Shown here piece by piece: positions 40,161 to 54,790 of a stretch of DNA of 64,000 nucleotides. A program made the position numbers and the translations under genes. Location: contig OZ024743.1 in NCBI GenBank assembly GCA_964016885.1, positions 152,954,001 through 153,018,000 on the forward strand, read 5' to 3'. Within the stretch, counting starts at the first letter, position 1, and the number at the start of each line of letters is the position of its first letter. A model generated the notes under the pieces. The model made no database searches. It was given only the letters and a program-made list of their open reading frames with translations, and was not told where the DNA came from. The stretch comes from Eledone cirrhosa. Taxonomy: Eukaryota.

Positions 40161-42195
40161 ACAATTGTAAATTGGTGCACTGAATTACGTCCTTATATAT
40201 GATAAAAGTAAACAGCTATTTGATAACAGATTATATATGAAATAAATATCAGAATAAAATAGGAATGACAATCAAAGGAGGCCTTTGAAGGCAGTGTCCC
40301 AGAATGACCACACTCCAGTGATGGTAATAAGTAAAAGGTTTTTTTAATAATGTAAATACAATCAACGTGTTCAATGAATGCAACTAGAAAAGAGCCAATA
40401 TTGTCTTTATTTAAATGATTTATAACTTAGTTATGAGGTCAAATATTTCTGAATAAAAAAACAGTTGATTTTAACCATCTCAATAATTGAGTGATATTTA
40501 TTTTATTGATTCTGCAAGAAGAATAAATCAATCCTGATGGGAATTGAACACAGTCTATAAAGTAGGCATGGGCAACCTTTTTCGAGCAGTGGACCACATA
40601 GGATGTAGCTCATCATAAAGTGATCCACACTACTAAAAAATTCAAGGCAATTTTGAAATCAGGCATGCCATTCAGAAAGTCAAATGGAATGCTGTTTACC
40701 CACAACTGCTAAAAAAAGGATGCAACTAAACCTCATGAAGCATTTTGTCCATAACTCTATAGATTCTACAAATAGATTCTACAAATCTCCATAGATTCTA
40801 CAAATCTACTGTTCCACAGGCCTTTTAAAAAGTGTCCTACAGATTTTTCAAACCAGCGTAGTCCTAGTCATAATAATTTAAAAACAACATATAATCTAGC
40901 TCACATATTATAAAGCAAATCTATTCACTGTTTACCAAAATAACACAACTTATATTGATTAAGAAACTGATACACTACTTACTGTGCAGTGAACAAAGAT
41001 GCTTCAATGTGATTACTCGATTTCCTGAGAATAGCCGTTAAATTTCCCTCAAATCAGATTCTATCAATTTGTGAAATGAAGTATACATTTGATTATGTTA
41101 TCCACGATATATAAAAACTTGGTCATGGCTGGAACATTTTCTATTTTATGTCTTTTCCATTATGGCTGACCTGGAAGATACTACTACTACTACTACTACT
41201 CACAAAGTTTTTATATTTCTCTTAAACCTTCCATCATAATTTTATGCAAAAGCATTTGTTAAATTATGTGCCAAACTTCAGCTTAATTATGAGAAAGTTC
41301 GCTGTATTACTAGAACTCTCCAGATTCTTGATTATTTAAAAAATTATTTGGAAATTATTGGCAGTCTTTTACATAAGAAATATTATAATGAAATGGTTAA
41401 ATAGTTTCATAAGCTTTTTGGAAATAGATTACATTTATAGAGCATAATAGCTAGTATGTTTGTTGTTGTTTAGCCATAGGTGAATCCCAATTAACTACAC
41501 CTATTATCTAGGTCATTCCAGCTATTGCTATACTATTTTCAACAGGGCAAGAAACCATGCACTGATTTCCATAGTTTGACATCATGATTGTTGTTTATCT
41601 CCAGCTTAGCTCGGTTTGAGTAGACAGGCATATTAGCAAATATGTTTCAGCTGTGACCATCACATCTTTTTTTTTCAGACAGAGTGTATATAAGACTACA
41701 TTATTCAATGTGTATTTTTCTTTTTAAGATTGTAAGGAGTGATTTGAAAGTGATTTGGCTGCTATTCTCATGTGTCCATTTGTCATAATAGTAACTGTTG
41801 TTGAATTTGTTCTTGCTGCTGCTGTTCTAGTAATTCTTCTTACTGTTGCTGCAATAACACTCATAAAGATTTACATTGGTTTCTAGTCAAGCATGTCACT
41901 TTTGGGTTACATCCATTATAAGGACCAATCCCTTCATGTCTAACTAATCTTCATCTTAAAATTTCTGATACTTCAATCACTTTCTAAAAAAAAAAATTCA
42001 CCACAATTTGACATCCATTTATTATTCATGTTCATTCCAATTCACCTTTGTCTCCTGTATAAACTGAATGACACCTACTTCCATAATCTATTTACTTATA
42101 TTCAACCTGTTCATTATGTTTGTAATTTAATAAACTCATTACAATATATACATCTTAAATACTGTAGATTTATAGCCCATATTTCATGGTTATAC

Positions 42196-42648
42196 ACACT
42201 GTAAAGTGGTCGTCACAACAAAAAGGTCTCAACCGACATTGTAAAGTGGTCATGTAGGCGTAACAACAAAAAGCTCCCAGACCAGACTGTAAAGTGGTCG
42301 TATAGGTGTCACAACAAAAAGCTCCCAGCCCTCACTGTAAAGTGGTCATGTTGGTGTCATGACAAAAAGCTCCCACCCCACACTGTACAGTCGTCGTGTA
42401 GGTGTCATGACAAAAAGCTCCCACCCCACACTGTAAAGTGATCATGTAGGTGTCACAACAAAAAGCACCTAGCCCACACTGTAAATGTGGTTGGTGTTAG
42501 GAAGGGCATCCAGCTGTAGAAACCAAGCAAGAAATAGTTCTGTATGAACAAGACACAATCACCTGACCTGACTTGCCAGAAATGGGACAACCCGGCTAAT
42601 TCATGTTAGTGTGGAAAATGGACATTAAACGATGATGATGGTGATGAT
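42196..42648 (+). mobile_element. 48-bp-unit element, about 7 units, with RTE-type tail
   Basis: CACTG at 42333, 42381, 42429 and 42477 (period 48), then TTAGGAAGGGCATCCAGCTGTAGAAACC and a (TGA)n tail. Confidence 0.85.
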
Positions 42649-45540
42649 ACAGCAGTGTGCTTTTCATTTAAATGTTATATAGTGTCTGAATTTTTTGAGA
42701 AAAAGGAAAAGAAAGGCAGTATGTATTTTTTGGAAGGTTATCCATTGATCTTCAATTCTACCCTAGCCATTAAATTATTAATAACTACTTCTTAAAAACC
42801 AAGTATTTCCCACAATAAGAATACCTCAACTTGCACATCTTTAGCATTTAAAAGTCTGCTACTAGTAACACTGATACTCATTAGTAATTTTGTTTTCTTT
42901 GTTGATATTCATGCTGTGGATATTGTAACTTCATTTGAACGATATAACCAGAATTCAGTATTGTTATGTGGCATATTAGACATTTCTATGTCAGGTAGAA
43001 TACTTTTAAGTATTTTTTCACACTGACTGTGCCTTGAGTTCAAATCCTGTTGAGGTAAATTTTGCCTTTCATATTTTTGAGGTCAATAAATAAAGTACTA
43101 GTCTGGTGCTGGGACTGCTTCTGCAATCATTAAATTAGCTGTGGGCATATCTGTAAAGTGATGGATTCTGTCAGATTTAAATGTGCAAGACATTACCCCT
43201 ATAACTCCATCAAGTGTTTAAGGCCCATGAATATATAGAGGGTTATTTGAAATACACAATCAGTGATCAATTAGAAGACAAACATTTTGTGGATATCTAT
43301 TGAGTTCAGTACCATTTGTGATTCTATTTTTGCTTAACTTGTACAAAGCCTGACAAATCTCCTTAAACCTATTCTATCCTTATTGAGCTTGCTTCATGTT
43401 AATGACACTATATATAATCTGACCTGTACCCAAATCCTACTATAGATAAAAAAAGGAAAGCACCTATCCAATATTTTCTTCCTCATAGTTAAGACAGTAG
43501 AATATGATTTGAGGGAAGTTTGGCTGTTATTTCTAGGAGTATTATTGGCTCAATATTATAGTTACTGCTGTTGCTGTTACGATCACCCTCATTAATGAGA
43601 TTTACACTGGACTGCAATACAACATATACTTTTGATACTTACTTGCCTTGTAATCATTAAATCATTAAAGATAGAATCTGAGCCTCTTATCAATTTTCAA
43701 TGTAAACACCCCATTAGAAGTTGATATTTATACCACTAAGCCAGTCGCTAGAGATACCATAATCTAATAATTGCCAGAGCATGGGGTTAGGTGACACAAA
43801 CTCATTCTGACACATTCAGCATCTAAGCAACTATCTTCCTTGGTTTCTATATTTTCAGTTAGAAAATACACCTACATGCTACCTAGAAATAATGGCTAAA
43901 CCTCCTTCTACTACTATCTTAAAAGTGCAAGAACACTTTAAGTAATGTGATTTGTGATACTATCTAAATAAAAGGTGGGGTGGTCACTGATGGAACACTG
44001 TTGATAATAGGTCTGCTCAATTGAGGTTGAAAACAACAACAATAACAACAGCAGCAAGAACAGCAACAATAGCAACAATAACAAATGGTACATCTATACA
44101 GATACAAATGATTTTAAATTTATGTGACTAGATGATATACTATTCAATAAACTTATGGGGTTGAATAAATAAAACCTATAATGCTTCAGAAATAAGTTTT
44201 GTAAATGGATAATTTTGGTGGTAGTTTCCCAATCAAACAATCTTTATACTATAATATTCACATCAATTTGTCCACAAGTAAAAAATACTAGTTTTTAGAT
44301 ATTTTGTGCTAAATCATTACAGGATTTTAAGAGTTAAAAGGCAGCACATAATGACTGAGTTATCCTCAGACCCACAACCTAATCCAGTGTTGACTCACCT
44401 AAAGTCATCCACAGGCTATGGATGGAAAATTAAGGTATATTCCATCTGACAGATTTTTATGTAGTTTCCATTTCCTCAATATTACAACTTTACCTGTAGC
44501 AATATTCCCAATGCACTTTTCATTGAATGAAAAGATAATTTTTTTTTATTGACAACAAATACAGCTGGTTCAAAAACTTCATATGTTTAATAGTGACACA
44601 TAAGTGACAACACTTCATGAATATTACTTCCAGTGAACAATTTTTGAAGATCATAGTCTCCATTTCTTGAATGATTTCACTGTTTCTTACTTCATAGTTA
44701 ATAGTATGCATATTTATAATGGTAATTTCCTTAGAATATTCAATGTTTTCAATATTTCTATTATCAACGCAAAAACAAATTATTATTTTCTTTACAACAT
44801 ATGATGGATCCTCCACCGGTTTTGAAGTTGAGCATTCAGTAGTTCAATAAACTGTACATTCAAATCAAATTAATGTGCAAATGGTTGACTATTTCAAAGA
44901 CACGCGTCCTTAACATAATTCTGAAGACAACCCAATCCAACACAATATGTGAATTACAGGAACTGGATTTCTACAGTTTCTATCAAATAGACTTTCACAA
45001 ATAGACATCCAACATCAAATGAGCTTCCACACAGTTTCCATCAATCTGATTACTCTCAAATGGCTTCATTCAGCTTGAGGTACTGACAAAGATAGTGGAA
45101 GCAAATGTAACACCTCATATGTCTGAAGCTAACTTGTTAACTATTCAGCTATGCTTGCATCCATACACACTTCCCAGTATATATATAGTAGGTGCCCAAA
45201 TATAACTGTTTCTTCGATATTTTTATCCAAGACTAACATCTTTAAAAAGCTGGAAACAATTTAACATTGCACAAATATTAAAACTTCGGACAGATTTTTA
45301 CAATAACATACGTTTTGCACCAATGTGTCTCCTCACTCAATTAAGTACAAAAAATTCAATATTCAATACTGGTGTAATTTTGAAAAAAAACTATATTTTT
45401 TCTTTATTAGTTCATTAGTACATTCAGTTCGATTTTTTTTTAGAACCATGTAAACTGGTTAACATTTTTTTTAATCAGCCAGATTATAACATGAAACATC
45501 CCTAAAATTTGATATAGTATTAGTTTACTCTTTTACTCCG

Positions 45541-46310
45541 TCATCATCATCATCATCGATTAACATCCATCTTCCATGTTAGCATGGGTTAGACGGGTCC
45601 TATTTTGAGCCAAGTTGTGTTGGGTGACCCTGTCTTGCTCATATAGGGTTGTTTCTGTCTTGTATTATACAACTGGATGCCCTTCCTAACGCCAACCACA
45701 TTTACAGTGTGGGCTGGGTGCTTTTTGCCATGTCTTTTACATGTCCACTTTACAGCGAAGGCTGGGTGCTTTTTGTTGTGTCTTTTACATGTCCACTTTA
45801 CAGTGTGGGCTGGGGTGTTGGGGGCAGGGCATACTCTACATATGTTTCAGCTTGTGCTCATGGGAAGTCGGGTCTTCTGTATTACTGCATATCGCCAAAG
45901 ATCCTGGCCCTGTGTCATCTCCTCTAAGAGGTGCAATTGGGCAAGATCAGCTTTTATCACCCCATCCCAGGTCTTCCTGGGTCTCCTCACTCCAAGGCTT
46001 CCAACAACTTTGAGTGCTCTGCACTTTTTTATGCAGCTGTCATCCTTCATATGCAACACATGTCCATTCCAGCGCAATCTCTCCTCCTGCACACAGCATT
46101 TGATTCCGCTTATGTCTAGTTTCTCTCTCAGTTCATTTATGCTTTACCATTCTCACATATTACTATCACACATCCATAGGAGCATGCAGGTTTCATTTCT
46201 TTCCAATCTACACAAGTCTTCTGCACACAGCGGCCAAGTCTCGTTACCATGTAATATAGCTGTAAGTACGCATGCATCATACAGTCTGCCTTTCATTCTG
46301 AGGGAGAAGC
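45541..46310 (-). mobile_element. RTE LINE 3' end whose 3' UTR contains the 48-bp units
   Basis: ORF 45847-46092 (QEERLRWNGHVLHMKDD...RPRKTWDGV), followed by the repeat units and a (TGA)n tail. Confidence 0.88.
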
Positions 46311-48389
46311 CTCGATATATTTTGAGTTTAAGATATCATTTAAAAAAAATTATTTTCTTTAACCATTATGGTTATCATTACAAACACTAGAGGACATAAT
46401 GAGTAGAGAATACTTGAAAGAAAGAGACCAACAAAGAGAACATTGTATAAGGAGAGGCAGAGTAAGAAAAAGAGAAGGCTAGAGTAAGAGAAGGAAGAGA
46501 GAATGAGAACAATAAAATAAGAGACAGGAGTAAGATTGAAAGAAAAAGTTTAATTAAGTCACATAACAAAACAGTCATATGTGTGTGTGCATATGTGTGT
46601 GCATGTATGTGTATGTGTAGGGATATTTATGTATTCAAAAGTTCAAATAAAAATTTGTTGTGAATGCTCTCAACGTAATGACTAAATAACACTCATGACA
46701 ATGTAGTAAATACAGAAAAAAATGTTTCATTGTAAAATATTTACTCCTGATATTTTAGCACTTTACTTACATAGAAATTATAGTTGGTGAAAATTGTCAT
46801 AATATTGACCTCATATGTAAGCTGACCCACCATTTTACCATCGTTTTTTTCGTCACATATTTTTTGTCTTATAAACAAGTATATATGGTAGTTATGAGGT
46901 ATTTGTTTTGAAAAGATAAAACCAAGTAGAATAAAGCATGTGATAGAAATGTGATAATAATAAAAGATGAAAAATGTTTAAACATGTGTTCAGAATTACT
47001 AAAAGCTTTAAGGATAAATGAAAAAAAGCAATTTAGTTGATCGGAGTCAAGTGTAAACAAAAATAGTAGGGAAAGTTAGATGTTAAATTATGTTGCTGTT
47101 GATAATGATAACATGAAGATAATCAAACAATACCTATTTTCAGTAAAGTGTTCATCAAAAGAACCAGATAAAGGAAACTATAATATATAACATGAGTGTG
47201 TAAATTATAGCACAAGTTGTGTTCTAATATGTTGTGTGATACAAACTATTTCAAAGTTGAAATAGGTTGAGAAATCAATAAAAGGAATTATATATGCTGG
47301 TTTTAATTTTCTATGTCAAATTTATTCACAAAGAAGTCTTCTTGAATAAAGTATTTAGTTCAATGAGGTAAAATATACATATAAAATACATGCATACAAA
47401 CATGTACACACACATACACACATGCATACACACATACACACACAGACACCCACCTCCATGCACACACACACATTCATGCATGCATATATGTTAAATGAAA
47501 TAAGGAAGCCATACAATATGTTTTTTCTTACAATTTATGCCTCTCATTTTCCATAATATATTGTTCATATTGCTTATAGCTTATATTTCAGTATAAAGTG
47601 TCTTTTACAAAAGCACACATACATATATATATATAAAATTATTACATCACATCAGATATTCTAAGGATTTCTTTCTGTAATTAAATGCATTGTGTAGCCA
47701 TAGTGTCATTTTAGTTTGGCAAACTTTCTTGAAATAAAATATCTGCACAGCATTCCATTGAAATATTCTATTGACAGGTTACAACTTCCTTTTCTGAGTT
47801 GAGGCAATAAGATACTGAAATCTCATTCTACACTGATGTAAAATGGTGGTAGTAATTTTTGGTTTTCTTCAACTCTTTTTTAAAAATCCTTTTGACATCA
47901 ACTCACACAAGATTGCCTGTAGTTCTATGAAACAAAATCATACGTTTTAAAGGGTTCCTATTTAATTTAAAATCTTCCAACATAATTTGATATTAGAACC
48001 TTTTGTTAAGTTATGTTATAAATAATATCCTAATATTAAAATGATTAATAATATTAGTAAATTCCTCCAAAGTTTCCATTCATTAATTAAAAAGCAGAGT
48101 AATTTATTGCAAATATGGTAACGTGAGGGTTAACCCAGTTTCTGCATCAGGCTAAATGAAAGTAAAAAATATTGAGTGTATTGGAAATAATGTTTATACA
48201 AATTAAATGAATTGAGAACACCATTCAGTATAAGTTTTGCAATTTATATCACTCATTTTCTACATTAAATTGTTTGGGTAGCTTATAGCCAAACAATACA
48301 CTCCATAACCTGATTCTATTTATCATTGTCCTTTAACTCATTATGAAAAGGGATAATATCAGAACCTTTCTATGATCAAGATCTAGACC

Positions 48390-49090
48390 TTATAACTGAA
48401 TCCATGGGTGAGTTAGAAGCAAAATTCCAGGTATAGAAGAAAAAACTAAAATTGAAAAGCCTAAAAGTTAAACTAGCAAAAACTAAAATCTTAATATGTG
48501 GGAAGGAGGAGAAGAAAATATTATCATCAGAGACGTAGCCCAACTCAATTTCTCAAGGGGTTTGCGGAAACTCCATAAGATGCAAACAGTGTAATGTATA
48601 GATGCATAAGCAACATAGTGGGATTGCAGGCATGTTAACAAAGAGGATAGACTTCATATGCAGCAGATACAGAGAAGTAAGCATTAAAAGCACACATGAA
48701 ATTGATTCCTTCAGCTGCATTGGAGGCTCCCTAAAAGTTGTTCACACTTTTCGTTACCTAGAGGACATAACCAGCAGTAGGGGTGGATGCTCTGAAAATG
48801 TGGTAGCCAGGAAAATATGGACTAGTAAAAGTTTAGAGAGTTTGTATCTCTGCTGTCAATAAAGGGCTTCTTTTTCAGAGTGAAGAGTAGACTGTATAAA
48901 ACCTGTATGCAACCTGCAATGTTATATCGTTGTGGGACATGGGTTTTGACTGCAGAAGATCTGATAAGGCTAGAAAAAAATGAAGGAAATATGTCCTGAT
49001 AGATGTGCAATGTTAGTGTGCATGAACAATCTAGCATAAGTGAACTGAGAGAAGAACTTGGCATAAAAGGTATTGGATGTAGTGTGCTCT
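48390..49090 (+). mobile_element. Old RTE LINE fragment
   Basis: FICSRY...VHTFRYLEDITSSRGGCSENVVAR; ISELREELGIKGI. Confidence 0.8.
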
Positions 49091-52000
49091 TAGACACTAT
49101 TTTCACTATCACGATAACCCACCTCTTTCATGTTCCTTTCCTCTCATCAATAAATGCCAACACTGTATTAGCTATTTTCAGCATTACCATACATCCTCAC
49201 TCTTAAACTATCCAGAATCACCCCACTCCACCTAAGTATTATCACCCATAATATTACCTGGTTCATCACCCCCCTCCCATCCCACTCTACTCTGGATCTT
49301 CTCTTCTGAAACTCTGATATACCAGTCATATCCCTTAGTATCTATTTTCACTACAGTACCTTCCTACATTACTGGTCACCCCTCACCTCCCACTCACCAC
49401 CCTTCATGCTGTCAAAGAGATTCCTTCAGTTGAGTCAATGACCAAGAGTCTCTCTCTCTCTAGTGTGCCAGTTCAATGAAACATACACCCAGTACACCCA
49501 GTAAAATGGCTGGCGATAAAAAGGGCATCCTGATGTAGAAACCATACCAAAAGTGTCAAGAGGACAGTTTAGTTGTGTTAGGGGCATTATAACCTCTCTT
49601 GTGAAGGTGATCTACATGATAAGTGTACCCAGTACCCTCTTTAAAGTGGTTGATGATAGGAAGAGCCATAGAAAACTTGCCAAACAAAGGGTTGGCAGGA
49701 CTCTTTAGCAGTGACCAGGACATGACAATTTCCCTAGTGTTGCTGTCATGATGTAATGCACTCGATAGATTGCAGGATTTCATGTAAGATCTCTGGCCTA
49801 TCTGAATGTCAATGGATTCACTTGTTTATTGATCTGTCTATGCTGAACCAACCAACACTTGCTATCAGTGAAATGGATATTAAATGATAATGATAATAAC
49901 GATGATAAAAATATAAATAAATATGATTATGAAGATATAATTTTTGTTGCTACAGTGGCACACATCTTTCAAGTTTAGTCAACCCTCCTATCAGGTTGTA
50001 TTTCATTCAAGGTTTCTTAGGTATATATATATATACATATATATACACATAGGCAGGGCCAGATTTAATGGGGGGCAAAGGGGGCAAATGCCCCAATAGC
50101 AACAGCCATAGCAATTTATTTGTGCCCTTTACTGGGCTTTTGAGTTTTATCCCTTTGACAAAGAGAACTATACTTTTAACAAAATGCATTTAATGTCCTT
50201 ACTGTGACAAAATTCCTCACATTTTCTTAACTTCAGAGACATCAGATTGTTATCAGAACAATATTATAATAAAAAGTATTTGTTGTCACAGTGTAAAGTG
50301 CCGGTATTGCAAAAACAATGCACCCAGTAAATACTCTAAACTAATTAGTTATCTTAGGAAGGGCATCCAGCCATAGAAATCATGTGAAATATGTAATGTA
50401 TGAGCAAGATGAGGTTACTCTGATATGTCTTGGCTCAGACTGTGACAACCTGTCCGACACAAGTCATGTGGAAAGTGGATGTAAAATAAGGAAGGTTAGA
50501 CTTTTTAAATTGTATAACTTTTCAATTCCAATTACTTGCACCAGCCGACTTTGATATGTAAAATTGGGGTTTTGGTGTGTATTCTATTTTTTTTTATATG
50601 AGCCCCTCTGTACCCCAGAGCCATAAAATATTTGGGCTCAATGCTCTAAAAATATCAGGACACTGCTCACATAATTAGAATAATATGGTTGTAACACAAA
50701 CAATCATCACATCCAAGCATCTAAAAAAAATAGATATTTGGCTGAGTGGCAAAATGTATTCACCTGCATGGAAGGCTCTATTCTGGTCACCCAACTTTCT
50801 AGAAATAATAGCTCAATGTCCCACAAATTACACCCTACCATCTTAAAATTTGAAAGGACATATTGGAAAATATGTGTGTATGCAGGATAGACTTAATCTG
50901 TTTAACTCATCAATGCACTATCTGGTCCTTTGATGCCTTTAGTTGCTAACATTTAGACCAGGTCTCTAGTTTGAAGATACTAAACCTTCCCTAAAAATCC
51001 TTATCAGAACTGCCATTCCCTTATGATTGATAAAAGAAAAATCATCAATATGCGGTGGTCATGGAGGGAATGCTTTTGATCATAGGTCTGCCTAATCAAA
51101 CTTGACCTGTTATAAACAACAACAACAACAACCATAATCAAAGGCTCCCAAACATGCTTTCATCTTTGACTATTAGCTGCTGAATTACAAGCCTACACAT
51201 ATCTGTTATTCTACCATAAAACTGGTTAAGGTGATTTATTTGGTTTTAATACTCTTAAATGTCAGTAAATATTAAACTCTACTTGATAAACATGAAATAT
51301 TTATTTTCCATCAGGCATCATATAAAAGCCAGTTGCATAACTTATTCAAGAATCACTTTAGCAAGCCTTCCTTCAAAGACATCCTAATGACTAGTGAGCC
51401 AAAATAAAGTTTCTACATGGTTGCTGTACCTATTAGAAATAGCAGCCAAATCTATCCAAAAGAATAAAACATTGAATAATGTAATTCTGATTGCAATGTA
51501 TTTTGGAAAAAGATGGGACGATCATAGTCTGATCATTGGTCTGCTTAATTGGATTTGATCTAGAACTAAACAACACTAACTAGGCGTGGTTACCAATTGC
51601 AAAGCAAACTTCTTAACCACTCAGCCAAGCTTGTATCCAGCTTCCTCATTGGGAGAATGCAACATTTGAAATATCTGTATTGGAAAAGCTTATAGAAGTA
51701 GGTTTACTTTCAGACTATTAATCTTCATCATAAAATATCAATTTACATAATATAAAAAACTTAAAGACCATTATGAAGGCAATGCAGCCTAGTTGTTATG
51801 GTGCTGAACATATCCCTGGCCCTGCTAACATATATTGTGTCCTTGAGCAAAGCATTTCAATTTACATTACTCCAGCCCACACAGCTGAAACAAATGTGTT
51901 TAATACTTCATGAAACTGGGATAAGTTCCAGCCTAATGATATCATGTCTGGAAATGGAAACAGATTTTACCTGTTAGAAAGAGTGACTAAATTTTTCACA

Positions 52001-52529
52001 TCACACGTAATCAAGAAAGGAAATATTGGACAGTGTCATCTTAGATGGTTGGAATGCTTTTGGTTACAGGCTTCTTTAATGAAGGTTAACCAGGGTGAAA
52101 ACAACAACAGAGTTCATATATAACTATTCAATACATGTTCAGCCTCTCAAAATGTTAAAGTTTAACGAGGTTGTTGTTGATGAAAGGAAAAACTGAATTC
52201 TAAAACAATGTAATTTAGGGGCTTTGGGATAAAGAGTAAATAATATTTCATCTTTGATATTTTAAGAATGGGGAACATTTTAAAAATAGATTAGATTAGC
52301 TCTTCTTGAAATAAGAATTATAAAAGTGAGAAAATGATGCAATGAATTAGAGAGGTAGAGAGATAAATATATATAGAGAAAAAAAGAGAGAAGGATTGAG
52401 CAAGAATGATGATAAATCAAATTAAAAGAATTTCAACAAGACAATCACTCTCAACATCATTATATATCTGTTATATTTTAATGTGCTACTGTGAATGTAT
52501 ATGAAGTATAAAATCTCCTATTTATATAC

Positions 52530-52700
52530 CTCTTACATCTTTTGATCAGTGAGTCTTTTATTTCCACAATCAAATGATATTGCCCCTTCACTTTCAACTT
52601 TACTTCGTTACCTAGGTGTGCATTTTCATTATCTAACTTAATTTTCTTTTCATTTGATGGCACTTCATATATATGAAAATGTGTTCTCTCATGAAGCATT
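52530..52700 (-). CDS. Candidate exon C (171 nt, phase 2-2)
   Basis: Branch-like ctaat plus ccattacatttctag|A; encodes MLHERTHFHIYEVP...YHLIVEIKDSLIKRCK; donor AG|gtatat (an alternative GTAAGA donor lies 7 nt upstream). Confidence 0.65.
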
Positions 52701-52889
52701 CTAGAAATGTAATGGATTAGTTTTTATTTTTGTAATATTTCCCAAAATCTCAATATTTGGTGGAGTCAGTGAAAGCATTGCAAAATATTTTGTCAGAATA
52801 GATTATATTCTGATCAGATAAAGGTGTATTATAGAATAGTTGCAAAACTTAGCTAGAAAATGACATTTTCAATTGTTTTGAGAACAACA

Positions 52890-53206
52890 GTAATAATAAT
52901 AATAATAATAATCACAGCACAAGGCCAGCAGTTTGGGGGGAGGAGAAAGTTGATAATAATAATAATGGTTTCTGATTTAGGCACAAGGCCAGCAGTTTGG
53001 GGGGAGGAGAAAGTCGATAATAATATAATAATAATAATAATTGTTTCTACTTTAGGCACAAGGCCAGCAATTACCCAGTGCATTACTGGTGCTTTATTTT
53101 ATCGACCCCGTAAGGATGAAGGCAAAGTTAACCTCAATGGGATTTGAACTCAGACCGTAAAGGGATGTAACTATGCTGGAAAGCATGGCGCCCGACCCTC
53201 TACCGA
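52890..53206 (-). mobile_element. Family-B SINE plus stacked 3'-tail fragments in (TAA)n
   Basis: GCACAAGGCCAGCA three times (~52917, 52981, 53056); body to 53206. Confidence 0.8.
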
Positions 53207-53836
53207 TAATAATAATAATAATAATATCACACTCGGCATATATCAGAAACAATACTGAAGAAAAAGGAAAAGCAATGATAATAATAATACACAGAATATA
53301 AACTGCTATTTACCATCCTTTTAATAGGATCAAAATAAATAATCCTCAGTGAGATAATGAAGGGCTTGATAACAACATGAATTCAAGTTAAGTTTTCTAT
53401 ACACTTCAAATTGAGTAAACATATATGCATATGCAAAAATACTGAAGTAAATCTTTCTCTCTATTTCTCTTTCTTCTTACGCGCACACACACACAAACAC
53501 ATAGGCCCCACAGATGCCCACATTCATAAATACGTGTATCGGGCTCATTCATATGGCAGAAAATATTGAAAAGTATTCAAACACAATTTTGTCCAGATAT
53601 TTGCTAAAGATAACAGAGGTCATTTGTTTATTTACAAAAGGTCCTCTGAATCATGTGGAGCAGCCTTTGATGAAATTGGGTAACAAAATGTAGGCTTAGG
53701 CAAAAATGTTACAATTTTATAGATAGGATGCTTGCAGATGGAGTATAACCAAACTTGAAAGTACTATCCAGCAGATCTTATACCTAGTCTGTTCTCAGCT
53801 CATTTGCTCTGTTTTTACATGCACATGAACATGAGA

Positions 53837-53904
53837 CTAAAAGGGAATGTGACAATCTTGTGCTATAGATATCTATAGCACAAGATTGTCACATTCCCTT
53901 TTAG
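53837..53904. repeat. 68-bp perfect palindrome
   Basis: CTAAAAGGGAATGTGACAATCTTGTGCTATAGAT|ATCTATAGCACAAGATTGTCACATTCCCTTTTAG. Confidence 0.95.
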
Positions 53905-54564
53905 CCTCTAACTTCAATGCCAATGATTCACTATCATGCAACATTGCACAACATTGCACAACACATAAAAATCATTTAATTTGCTCTTCACTTAGATAGA
54001 GAATCCCTTTGTTCTCAAATGATGTCATTGCTCTTTGAACTTTTTCCATCCTGATTTTACTCTTGCTACTACACTTTTGCTATGTCTAAAGTAATATAAA
54101 TACTAGAAGCTCATCAATTTTTATATGCCACTATTTCTCTATTCGCGCAAAGAACAGACAAATCCTCTGATTTCCTTCTACCTATTTTAACTCTTGTCAT
54201 ACAACTTTCATGCTTCATATTAAAGAATTATTTTAATACAGATCTCATCTCAGTTATACTTGCTCCTTACTTAAATTATTTTCTACATTGCAATCAACTC
54301 TTCCTCTTCTATATTTTCCCACTAGTTCTATGCTGGTTTTATTCTGATTTGTATATGTCCATTTGTCTAGAGCTAATACAAGCTAGTTCTTTGAAGACAC
54401 ATACAGAATAAGGTTCACGTTTTTGGAAACATCCCATCTGAATGGAACACATGATTACATTATCTAACATGTCCTTATATTTTAAAACTCTAGAGTATGA
54501 ATTGAGGAAGATTTTGCTTCTATTTCTAGCAAGTTAAGCCGGGATGAGGACTGGTGAAATAGTT

Positions 54565-54790
54565 GTGAGGAAGAAAGATAAATCACCTGGTGCTGATGGT
54601 CTCATTTATGAAGTTCACAAATACATCTCAGACCTGTTTGCTCCAACCCTTACAAATGTTTACTGGAATATATAAGGTGCATTGTGTTTCAACAAAGCTA
54701 GGGATGGTTACATTGTTGAGAAAAGATGCCAATAAGAGAAAAATAATTGAAAATTTAAGCAGATAGCCAGTGGTTTAACAATATTGACAA
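54565..54790 (+). mobile_element. L1/Tx1-like RT N-terminal relic
   Basis: KKDKSPGADGLIYEVHKYISDLFAPTLTNVY...GMVTLLRKDANKRKIIENL. Confidence 0.6.

Noticed and set aside
42196-42490. 48-bp periodic array as a CRISPR array
   Set aside because: Whole units are homologous with no unique spacers, there are no cas genes, and the context is eukaryotic retroposon DNA
50054-50665. hAT-type MITE starting CAGGGCCAGATTTAATGGGGGGCAAAGGGGGC
   Set aside because: The right end is too degenerate and no 8-bp TSD is identifiable, so it was left uncalled
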